Shown here one piece after another: positions 13,394 to 24,344 of a stretch of DNA of 52,004 nt. The DNA comes from Diploschistes diacapsis (lineage: Eukaryota). The stretch is taken from NCBI GenBank assembly GCA_023645945.1, contig JALAIB010000010.1:1-52004 (forward strand), given 5' to 3'. The first letter of the stretch is position 1. The number at the start of each line of letters is the position of its first letter. Made by a program: the position numbers and the translations under genes. Below the pieces are notes generated by a model, which was not told where the DNA came from, made no database searches, and saw only the letters and a program-made list of their open reading frames with translations.

Positions 13394-13726
13394 TCAGATG
13401 GCCTGCAATCGCCGTTGTTTCTCATAACCCAGGTCGTTAATCTCTTTCTCCAGCGTCTTGACTATGTCTAAAGACCGGTCGATTGACGCGATGAACTTGC
13501 CTCCTTCTCTTTTCCACCGAAGAATTCGTTCGACCTCGGCGGCTCGTCGGCGTTGTTTCGTGTCGATCTTCTCGCACAGCTTGCACTTTTGATTCACTGG
13601 CACCGTTTGCATGATCAACTTCATGCCGCATGTTTCGCCCGTTCGGTATTCCCGGTTGCAGTGTTGTCTGAAGTGGCCCCACTTCCAATCACCGCATTGA
13701 AACCGATGCTGATCAAAAAAGCACAT
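13394..13726 (-). CDS. Small Cys-rich protein of unknown function (110 aa) with probable 5'UTR introns
   Basis: Good start context (CTAAAATG). Pattern C-x8-C..HC..C..CxxC followed by a charged helical tail. Candidate UTR introns 13935-13860 (GTATG..CTGAC..TAG) and 13787-~13737 (GTAAGC..CAG). Resembles a conserved filamentous-fungal hypothetical family (recalled, not searched). Confidence 0.8.
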   Translation of the reverse strand: MCFFDQHRFQCGDWKWGHFRQHCNREYRTGETCGMKLIMQTVPVNQKCKLCEKIDTKQRRRAAEVERILRWKREGGKFIASIDRSLDIVKTLEKEINDLGYEKQRRLQAI

Positions 13727-16700
13727 TTTAGGTTGCTGCTCGTTTCATCAGTACCTCGCTCGCCTCAGGCTGATTTGGTCTGCTTACCTTGTAATGCTTG
13801 CTGCTGCTTTATCAACTAGTGTGTCTGGTCCCAAGCTTTCGAAACCGGTTCTTGAATATCTATCATACAGTCAGCACCAATACTTCAATCCTATCTTGTC
13901 CTTGTTGAGGCATGCTCTCCATGGAAGAGACATACGAAGTAAGGGAAGCCCTGAAATTCTATAAAGTTGAAGTTTGGTATTGGATGAGTTTGTCTGGCTG
14001 ATGTTTCTGACTTTACAAAGGGGCGCTTGGGGGATATTTATGCCTCACGTCTCAAACTTGTCGAGGCCGGTATTTCGTACAAACGTGGATGCCCTCTCCT
14101 CGCGCAGGTCGCCCTTTGTTGAGAGAACGACTATCGTTGCTTCCTTCAGCACACCGAGAGTGGACTCGTTTTCTCCGTAGCCAATGGTATTCGCCGAACC
14201 GGACGATCAAGAATCCAACATGAAGCTCGAGCCCTCTTCGGAATGTGTTTTGGCTTGAAAAATGCTACACATTCTCGTATCTCAACAAAAGCGGGTCAAA
14301 GAAGACTCTCCTGATGCAGGCTCGTCACATTGAAGCCTTGCCATAGCCTATCGGATCGAGGAGAGGTCACACAAGTTGTAGTAAAACCCTCGCTGAAGTC
14401 CATCAGTCTGCGGAGTTGTCCAGCGTTTCTGCAAAGTCCTTGCATCTATCACAAGTCACCTGAATGATAGAGGATGGGCAACGGATGCAGTCTAGTAGGT
14501 TACCCTGGAACGGGTCCATATTCACTGGATATCGATCACTGATCCAGAGACGCTAAGTTGTGGTCTTTGAGCACTGGATTGACAGCGTATGCAGTAAGAT
14601 GATTTCCACTTCTATCGACAGTTTGCAGCCCCCATCATCATGCAGTTGCCTAGACTGCTCGCTAAGCCTGCCTTTTCTAGCTCTTTGCATGTGGTCATAC
14701 TGAGGACAACAGCTATGGAACGGATGATATTCTTATGATTAGCATGACAGTCCAAGCCGGTTCGCCACTAGTGTGATTTCTTTGCATTCTGGGTTTATCA
14801 CTTCTGTTGGCGTATCTGCAAACAGCCTTTTCTCTCCGGCTATCTCCCCCCTTATCACGTCAAGAGGTCCTGAGCGCTCTTCTGTGCCGATCTTACGAAA
14901 TCTACTCAGACTCTCCTCCTATCCGACGAGATGCACTCTGGTCCTCATGCACGCTTTGTTTTCCTTCGCATTTAGTGTCTTTCTAGCAGACCCTGCACCA
15001 CTGGGTTGCATTTCCGAGGCTTTCCTGAGGGAAGCTGAGCGCTCTTAGTCCCTCAAAGACAAGGATACTTCACGAAAACATCCCTCAAGGAGTTGTGTCG
15101 TTCCATAAACTAGAAGACATCTGTATGCCTCGGTTGCATGTTCATCATTTCCTGTCTTGATTTGCCCCCTTGGAAGGCAGCGTTGCAGTTATCTCTTTCT
15201 CTATCACTAACTTGCTAGCTCGGTCCATACGTTATCTTATCCCTTGTGACGCAAATACTCTTCTCCCACACGCAATCGGATCGATCAGCCGCTCGCTGTT
15301 CTCTTGAGTGACGGCATAATGGTGTCTTTACATCTTCAACCGTTGTGTTAATCGGGATGTCGGCATCGGCCTTGAGGGTTTTTCTTATCCTAGTTATCAT
15401 GAGGCGCTGTTTGACCAGAACTGAACGGTGGTGAGGCAATTCGGGCGTCAGACAACGTTACATCAAGGTGATATCAGTTGGATCTTCAGCTGAATCACTC
15501 CACTGCGGCGAATCTGTAAGAAGGGTGCACGACGAGGAAGGCTTCGTGCCAACTCGAGGGGCTTTTGGCGTTTACGTTTTCGCGGCCGCGAATCCCTGTT
15601 CTTGGGCCGCAACCTAGCATTTTTCTGCCTTCCCACTAAGACATGTCAGCATTATATGAGTTTTCTTGTCTCTTTTGCTTGAATTCGATTACCAACGTGT
15701 TTCCGTGGAAATTTTGTCCGTGAAGTCTGGGTTTTTATGGATTTTGCTCCCCAGCGCATGAGTTGACGTTGAGACTTGCCATATGCAGTACAGCCGAAGC
15801 GTTCCTCTGTGCTGGGTCTTTTTCGCTCAGGTGAGCTGCATCTGCTGCAAGCTGGACTCAACGGGTGGATTCTGCCAACAAATAGGAGGCGCGCAATGTG
15901 TGCGGAGCTCCCTCTTGCTGCATGTGCTAGCGTGTGCCCGTTTAGTCTGCAGCTAATTGCTAGACCACGAGCTAGCACTGAGCTTATATCTGTGAGCTTC
16001 TTCATGCTCAATTGATTCATTCAGGAGCTAAAGTACGTAAGCATCGCTTCAAGCATGCAGTGAGATTACCCGAATCAGAACTCTGTACTTTGTAAGTTGG
16101 ACGAACCACGAAGAAGATTATCTTAACATGAAAATCCCGGCTTGCACTGTTCAAGAACTGTGCAAAGCAAGCAGCCAACGCACTTATGTCGACTCGACTC
16201 GACGCGACGCATGCAAAGTGACGAGAGCCCTAGCGCATCGAATGAGTGGCCAAGAGCTCTCCAACTCGGGAAGACCTTGTTAAGAAGAACACGAACGTCA
16301 CGACGCGTAAAAGCCCTGATTTGGCTTCGGGATACTCAGCTGTCAGCCAGAAACACCTTGATACATATCTGCTCGGGACTTCATGCGCTGCTGTCGAGCG
16401 AAGCATGATTGCTACGCTAATAATGACTGTTGTACTGGCATACCAGACTTCTGTCCTAGCATGATTCCACCCCCACTTCAGAAAGTTGCAAGCTGCGGAT
16501 CACTCTTTTGCACTGCGAAACCTCACACGAGATGCGTCTGCTTCCGACACACAGCAAGCCTACAAGCACGTGCCAGCCGCCTGCCAATACAGTCGCACAT
16601 ATAGAACTCCGAGGAGCAGCTCAAGGCAGACGAGGAGCCATCCATAAGTGGAGTACCGCTTACCTGAGGTCCATTTACTAGATCAAGAGCATCCGATCTC

Positions 16701-18212
16701 GATAAATAGTATGCTCGGCTTTCGACTCTTGGATACTACTGCCCTGTGCTTCCTACTACCTACTGGCCATTAGATCTCACCAGCATTCTCGAAGCAACAA
16801 CTACTAGTACAAGACCCCCAGCACGATGCTTCTGAAGTCCTCCAGAGCGTTCCAAGGCGAGGGAAGGATACTCTTCTCCTTCTCTAAGTATACCACAGCA
16901 CCATCACCTCAGACATATTAGCCACAGCCGACTAGACCACTACTCACATGTTGCTGTGCCCCATCCTTACGAGCTGCCCAGAGCTAAAGTCCCCTACGCC
17001 TATCCGGTAGTATTTAGGGAGAAAATAAACAAGATAGCAAGTCTGGCTCGGCACCGAGCGCATGAATGAACGGACCACCTCCATAACAGACGCGGCGCCG
17101 CGCGAAGACGGTGAGACAGCACTCCAGCATCTGGCTTTCTTGGCTTTTTGATATCTCATCTCAGCTGCACAAGGCTAATATAGGGGGCGTAAAGAGCCTC
17201 GAACTTGGCATTCTACATTGCTCCATTCGAGACTGGTCGCCACAATAAGCCTGACCGCTCTTGTGCGCTTTCTTTTGTTTTCTTTTATTGCAACTGACCC
17301 CTTTATTGATGAGTTGTTTCTCCTTCGTTATGGCCCGTTTTCTTCGATATCTATGAGTCATAGATGCTTTGTATACTCTTGGCTTTAATGCCACATTTTC
17401 ATTTTCGTCAGCCTTGCGTTGGTGAGGCCGTTGCTGTTGAATTGACTTTTGGCTAAGAATAGGTATGAAGGTATATGGAGGCTGAAGAGACGAGTTAAAT
17501 GTAAGCAAGTTGAGGTATATTCATATGGTGGAGGACAAAATGGGCTTTGGCGTAGAAGGCCAAAAAAGCATGGATACGATAAGAGAACAAGGAAAGGACA
17601 TAAGAGAGCTCCCAAGTAATAAAGTGAGGTCTCTCGAACGAAAGACCGTCCTATTGCATCAGATAGGGCAAAGAGGAGATGGAATATATAGGAAGCGTAC
17701 GCATGGATTTTCTTAGACATGGGGCCAAGAGTGAACTTTATTTAGAAACATTGATTCTTTGTTCGCTGTTCTTGAATTCGAGCACTTCTTCTTGTACCAG
17801 GGATCTTTCTATTGATCAGGTGCTTTGCCTATCCTTGCTTTGAGCCCTAGGCGTGTGAGATGCCTTCTTGGCGCCCTTCAGTGATTCGAACATGACGCTG
17901 TGCCTTTTGACGTTGAACTTCTGTAGTACAATGTTTCATACATTGCTATCTTCAACGATGGTACCGGAGCGTGAATTTGGCCGTAGCTTGTCAATGGGCC
18001 AGAGCCCTGAGCTCGCTCGCCCGCTGCCGTATGCCGCTCGCTGTTCTGTCCTAAAGCAGGGTAAAGCTGAGTTTGTCGGACCAGCCTAGCATCGACACCC
18101 TACCTAGACCTCGATATGCGTGTCCCTGCAGGCTGCGGTGCCTTGCAGCATGCTGCTGCCCTTGGTCTCGGCATCGTCCGAAACATGTCACTGTGTCTCG
18201 TAACATGAGCTT

Positions 18213-18930
18213 TTAGCCGATGGCATCTTGCACGGCTCTTAGACCCGTTATGCCCTGATCCCGATGGCTGAAAATGGGCCCCGCACGGCCTTTCTTGATG
18301 GTCCTCAGACTCAGGTCCGCTCGGGTGGGCTCATCTTCGTTTGTGGTCGAGTATTGTGGTCTTGCTTGCAACGGAGCTATACAATCTTTTTTAGCTTGTG
18401 CAATCGAAGGGATACGGGGGGTCCTACTTGGCCCATAGGGACCCGAGACCTGCAGGTGCGGCTGTTGCGCGGTGAAGACGTCGATGACATTACTGGATCC
18501 CGCATTAGTTACGATTCTCCCTGATAGATATCTTGTGCTGCGGAGAGCATTACTCAGACATGTCGTGAAAGATTCCCTCCAACGTCTCCCTTTCGCGTCG
18601 TGTCGACTCAGGGTCCTGTTGGTACGGGCTGCGCTGGGCTCCTCCTCCATTCACATGCGTACCATCCGTCCCGTATCGGGTTCGGTAAGGGTCGTCGTAC
18701 AAGAGGCCCCGCGTCTCAGAGTCCTGTGTAAAGGGAGAGGCTAAGTTAGCAGGAAGGTAAGTTTTGTAGATATCCCTAGCAGCGTAGTCGGGGACGAGTA
18801 TGTAGGGTTGCGGGCAGGGTGGCTGGGGAAGGGAATGGAGTGGGTGGAAAGGAGAGGATACTACTGGAGGACGTACGTCTCCTTCATGGCGGTGACGGTT
18901 AAGTCCGAGGCATGAGAGGCAAATGCCCAT
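18213..18930 (-). CDS. LAMTOR1/Ego1(Meh1)-like vacuolar membrane anchor of the Ragulator/EGO complex, 3 exons
   Basis: Exons 18930-18877, 18723-18554 and 18492-18213 with GT-AG introns. N-terminus MGICLSCL (myristoylation plus palmitoylation pattern), dileucine ETRGLL, helix RERETLEGIFHDMSDNVIDV. Confidence 0.7.
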
Positions 18931-19644
18931 TGTTGGAATGTGAGAGCACAAAGACTTCGTGGAAGCAGGAACTTTATGGAAAGGCTCTTAGGCTTTGTTC
19001 TCGAGCACAGCCCGGGAAGACCGAGCGGAGAACGGAGAAACCAGGGCCGATAGGGCTAGGGGAACGACGCGTCTAATGTCCATGACTGACTGACCTGAGC
19101 TTCCATCCTCAAATGTCCTCAAAATGTCTTGCATCTTGCGTCAATATTCCATACACTGGAAGAACATCTTGTTTCGAAGATAGCCAGACGCTGAGAAAAC
19201 CAGAGCAAGGAGCATCGGATGTGTGTTTGAATATCCCAGTGGTTTAAATCAAGGTATAGGCTTTCATCTCGATCATGCAATACCCTCGACCGTCAAAAGT
19301 AAGTTACGCATGTCTCTATCCAAACTCGTTTGCTTGTCATCTTCCGCACCAAATATCAATGGAGGAATAGTCCACTGCCCTTACATCACATGGGCAATGC
19401 AAGATTCGATACATGCTTCTGATCCAGCCTCTACGCTGTGGAATGCTGTTTTCGAGAATGACCAAGGGATGTACTTCCGCAACCCCTTTCACTTAATTTG
19501 TACAAGGGAGCTTCTGTCGCCTTAGCAGAATATATAGAAGACCATCATACGACGACTCAAGGTCTTTTCAAGGCCGGCCTGTCTTCTCTTTTGCTACTCG
19601 AGCAGCAGCTTAACGCAGCTACTGCTATTGAGCCTTGCGGCAGT

Positions 19645-22132
19645 ATGCACAACACGTTCGTTTGTTTGGCCACGGCCATCTTTTTCTCTGCTTTTTTGGA
19701 TTTCTCAGCGGCCCGCCTTGAAATACATGAGTACAGGAAGAATGTGAACGCGCTTCAAGATGCGGGAAAGCTCCGGAAGCGACAAGACAATGCCACAGCG
19801 ACATATGCTCCTGGGCAGCTGTGTACCGAGGACGACTATCTTCAAGCTTTGCAGACTTTCTCTGCCGAGGCTGTTCCCTTCTGCAGCTCCTTCCTAAACA
19901 TTGCAAACTATACGTCCACAACTGCGTGGACAACTGTTACCACGTAGGTGTTTCTATCTCGTCTCCGGCATCTTCTGATAGATAAAGCACTTTCGTTACG
20001 ACCATCACGACAGAGACTCCAATAGCCGCGAGCACTTCCGTGAGTAAAAACTGTCCAATCAGCCGGTGAGTGCTGTTCGTTGTGCTGAAAAACATCCAGG
20101 TTGCTTCTACAACCACCACTTTTACGGCCACGTATACCTCGTACTTCCACAAACGAGATGTTGTCCCGGAGCCTACTCCTCAACCTACGGAAGCTCCAGA
20201 ATTGCCACTAGGCCTCGAGCATGTGCAGATCTTGAAGCGACAAGCAACATGCAACGACACTGCCATCATTAGCTCCCTGAGTAGCGGGTGTGAATGTCTA
20301 CATGTGACTCCTACGACCGTAGATGTGTGCGAGACGGCAACGATCGTGAGTCGAGACATTTAGTTCGCATGAATGATTTCCCTAACAAACTCCTAGATCG
20401 ACACACTGACTGCAGTCCTGTATACCGGCGCGACGACCGTTGCAACCTACACCAACGGTATATTTACTACAACTACGACTGTGCCCTACTATCTGCCTGC
20501 TTCTCAGTCACCTCCTCCTAGTTCAGGCTCGTCGACTGTGGTGGTCAGCGCTACCGTATCAGTGGGAAACACCGTGGGTTCTCTTACTAGCCTCACAACT
20601 TTGTCACCCAATGCTACGGCACCCGCCTCGAGCTCTACAGGCAATGCTACAGCTTCAACTACCGGTCCAAAACCCTCAGACACGTCAATTGCGAGCGCTG
20701 CTGCCAACTCCACAGGCCCAGCGACTACTACACAAACTTCGGGGGAGCCCTCAGGCTCGCCAACGCCTTTCCCCCCCAACGGGACTCTGACTACTGTGTC
20801 TCCAACCTCAACAGAAAGTTATACGATCCCACCCTTCTCGATCTCCGGAGGCTTTAGGCTGACGACCGTGACTCTAACTGGTCCGTCCGGCGTGAGCACT
20901 ATCACAGAATCCATAAGCAATACTACCACGGTAACGCTTCCGGGCAACAACAGCACCACGACGACTACTATCTACTATACGGTCTCTCCTACGCCAGAGT
21001 CGACTGTCCCCTTGAACGCCACTAGTCCCACACGGAGTGTATCGCCTGTGAATTCGATGAACGTTACCGTCAGCCCGACCGGCTGGCGCCCCAGTGGCTC
21101 ACCAACAGCTCCTGCAAATGCGACAACGACGGAAACCGTTGGGCCTCCCATGAACACCACAGCTCCAAGTGGATCACCATCGATTTCTGCCAACGAGACC
21201 GTGACTCCCGCAACTACACCTGGGTATCCTATGAACATGACTTTAACACCTTCAAGCGGGATCCCGTCTGCCAGCGAGAATTTCACCACTCCAAAAGCTA
21301 CCGCGACGGCTTCCACCGGCGTTCCTCCAAGCTCCGTGAATATCACTATCTCCGCTTGGCTAACATCGAATACAGTCGTGACGGCCTCCACTGGCTTGCC
21401 TTCAAGCTCCGCGAATGCCACCTCCGGTACGCCAGCATCGACCACAACCGTCACGGCTTCCACTGGCGTTCCTCAAGCCTCCGAAAATGCCACCACCTCC
21501 GCTGCGCCAACATCAAACACAACCATGACGGCGACTATTACCCTGCCTCCAAGCTCCATGAATGCCACCACCTCCGCTTCGCCAACAACGGACACAACTG
21601 TGACGGCCTCCGCAGGCACCATCACTCCGACCCCTGGCAGGCCCAACATTACCAGTATCCATTTAACTATCTCGCCCCCTAGCATTACTTACCCTCCTAA
21701 TTACCGGTCGACAGAGATCACATCAGTCCTACCTGATGGCCAGACTACCTCCTATCCTTATTTCTATGTATGTCTTCGCTTCCGAACCCGGACACTAATC
21801 CACCTTAAACGAAGAAACTAACTTGTGAATAGGAGGCAGAGACCTTCACGGTAACTTACAACTACACCCAAGTCACCACCACAGTCGAAACTTCAATCAG
21901 CGCTAGCACAAGCTATTCGACAACGACCTTCCCCGTGGTCTTCCCCAACGGCACCGGCACCCCTTCATACTCGGTCACTGCGCCTACTTTTACGCCGTAC
22001 ATCGTCACGCTGACGTCTTCGTCGGATAGCGATGATAGTTCGACTGCGGATGCTTCGTCGAGCACGCCTGGTGCGGCCATGGTTAGAAGGGTGGAGAGGG
22101 TCAGAAGGATTAAGCCTGTTGATGTGAGCTAG
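19645..22132 (+). CDS. Secreted Ser/Thr/Pro-rich mucin-like glycoprotein, 5 exons, ~755 aa
   Basis: Exons 19645-19943, 19988-20039, 20100-20345, 20397-21767 and 21833-22132 keep frame through canonical introns. Signal peptide MHNTFVCLATAIFFSAFLDFSAA, KR dibasic sites, Cys motifs (PFCSSFL, SSGCECL), many N-x-T sequons. Confidence 0.8.
21306..21620 (+). repeat. Coding tandem repeat, ~75-bp (25-aa) unit, 4+ copies
   Basis: Units begin ACGGC at 21306, 21381, 21453, 21528 and 21603 (spacing 75, 72, 75, 75), encoding TAS(T)GxPxSSxNAT-like peptides. Confidence 0.8.
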
Positions 22133-22634
22133 GTGCGGTTTTGGCTCGAGGTAGATTGGATGCTAGGGTCCTAACGGAAGGGTATTCGGAGTGTATGGTG
22201 GGAAAAGACGAGAGTGCTCTAGGGCAGGGGAAGAGGGGATTGAAGATTAGGGAACGCGTTTGATGCGATACTGGTTACTTGGATAGCATGCTGGTATACA
22301 ATTGAATGCGATAGATTTGGAATACTTTCAAGCTTCTTGTCATGCTCGAGTTGAGCTCCGTTCGAGTCACTCTAGAGGTGCTAATATTACCAAGATCAGC
22401 GGTACAGTAGGCGAGTAGTGCTGCTGTATTCATGAGCAGAGTGGTCGCTTTTACTCGCTGTCGCTGACGTCTCATCATGGACATAGTGCATATATGATGG
22501 GACTTTCTGTAAGTCTCTCTGTTGGCCGGAAGAACGATGATGCGGTGTCTGCTGCCTTCAGCCTTGAACCGAAACAATGCGATGATTAAAGGTTTCTTAA
22601 CTATCATATACTTGATTGATTCAATAGTTCTGAC

Positions 22635-23777
22635 ATGGCAGCAGCTGGGAAGGACGAGCAAGATCGGCTCGCACTTGTTTCTTCGCTCTACGGGCCCGGA
22701 ACGATCGCTTGCTGGTATCTCACGACCCTATCTGTCCTGGTAGCATGGACGCTGCACCCACATAAGAGAAAATCTGGATCGATCGATGTCGACTTGATCA
22801 CTGTCTTGACTCTCCCAGCCGTTGCTGCAGGTCATCTAATCTCTCAAGTCAGAGCATTCTTGAGCCAAGATCATACAGCGCGACAAGCGAATCATGCCAG
22901 TCCACAATCTTTGCAAGCTCTAGCCGCGATCGAAGCACCTCTGATCGTCGTTGAAACATTTATGGCAATCAGTGTTGTACTCTTTGTTATAGCTGCGATG
23001 GTGCGCTGTATACGGAAAGCGATCGTGGTAGCGTTGATCGGGCTTTTTTGTCTTGCCGTTGACTGCTATGTACATTTCTCCGGGCTCAGGGACTTTGGGC
23101 TTCAATACAAACCGGGCTCGTCAAACGGCGATGCGACAGCGACAGCGTTTAGTCGATTATTCGTTGCAGGCTTCCCAGGCTTGATCACAAGCATTCTGGT
23201 GACATTATCAATTTGTGCCATCATCACTTCCTTCGCAATAGCGGTCTTGATGGTGGTTTACCATGGAACGTCATCAACTTGTTTAGAGCAAGATGTGGAA
23301 CTTGTCAACAGTACTGATCCAACCGGGCCATCAGCGTTGAGATCTGGACCACCGGTAAGCGTAGGACCTCCTAGCCTCGGAACAGCAAACATACATGGTG
23401 CCAGCAAAGGTGAGACTTTATGCATGCGCGCAGTCACCTCGTCGACCATTCTATTTCTGCCTTCAACATTCCTCGCTAGCCTGCTACCACTGCACTGGCA
23501 TAGCATCGAGGCCCACACAGCTACATCAGTAAAGACAGCCTCGCAAACGGTTGTTCAGTACGCAGCACGATTCACGAAAGACTTCTTTCCACATACTGCA
23601 TACTCTATTGCGGACTTGGACCAAGCAGTGGCAACAACGGCGGGTGGTACAGTGCTTGCTTTTGGCATCTACAACGTGGCAAAGTCCCGTTACATGAGTT
23701 GGACTTGCCAAAATGCAGCCAACTTGGGACAAACGGACGCCAGTTCAAGCATAGACGACAGTCTTTCTGGCTCATAG
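22635..23777 (+). CDS. Multi-pass membrane protein of unknown function (380 aa, intronless)
   Basis: Uninterrupted 380-codon ORF with about 6-7 hydrophobic segments, an N-terminal LYGPGTIACWYLT motif and a C-terminal FFPHTAYSIADLDQA motif. Confidence 0.75.
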   Translation: MAAAGKDEQDRLALVSSLYGPGTIACWYLTTLSVLVAWTLHPHKRKSGSIDVDLITVLTLPAVAAGHLISQVRAFLSQDHTARQANHASPQSLQALAAIEAPLIVVETFMAISVVLFVIAAMVRCIRKAIVVALIGLFCLAVDCYVHFSGLRDFGLQYKPGSSNGDATATAFSRLFVAGFPGLITSILVTLSICAIITSFAIAVLMVVYHGTSSTCLEQDVELVNSTDPTGPSALRSGPPVSVGPPSLGTANIHGASKGETLCMRAVTSSTILFLPSTFLASLLPLHWHSIEAHTATSVKTASQTVVQYAARFTKDFFPHTAYSIADLDQAVATTAGGTVLAFGIYNVAKSRYMSWTCQNAANLGQTDASSSIDDSLSGS

Positions 23778-24313
23778 CATGCTCTTGAGAACTTCAATAA
23801 TATCCTCTCATACACACTGTTGGATCATCACAATTATTACATTGCTGGCCTCAGCAAAAATGTTGATATGCCTAGTCTGTTACCTCAATGAATCATTACC
23901 CTTCGTCGATGAAATAAGGTCTGTGGTAGCTGCTACCAAAGGTGCAACGCTTGGCCCCTATTAACCTCCTGTCCAAGCGCCTCTCCACTCTCTTTCAATT
24001 TCCGCTTCCTGCAACACAGGTTATACATCATTCAGCGCCATCGATTTGCCAGTTTTTCACATTTGTCCTAAGTGCTTCCAACCTCTGATCTGGACCTCTT
24101 TCTCCGTACGCAAATGTGATATCCCAGCGGATCAGAAGTCCAGTGCTGGCATTCCGGGTTGGCTCTAAGGCCACCTATATCGATGGGGGGGAAATGGAAG
24201 GACCCTGGAGCCTCTAAGGGCAAGACTTATTGAGGTATGTGGTGATGCAGTTGGGTCCTGCCGGGCACCGGTCTTGAGAAAGTAGACATGAGTTTTACAT
24301 TATTCAACTACGT

Positions 24314-24344
24314 TATTCGTTATGGTATTCGTTATTGTATTCGG
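24314..24344. repeat. Short tandem 12-mer TATTCGTTAT(G/T)G x2.5
   Basis: tattcgttatgg tattcgttattg tattcgg seen directly. Confidence 0.7.
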
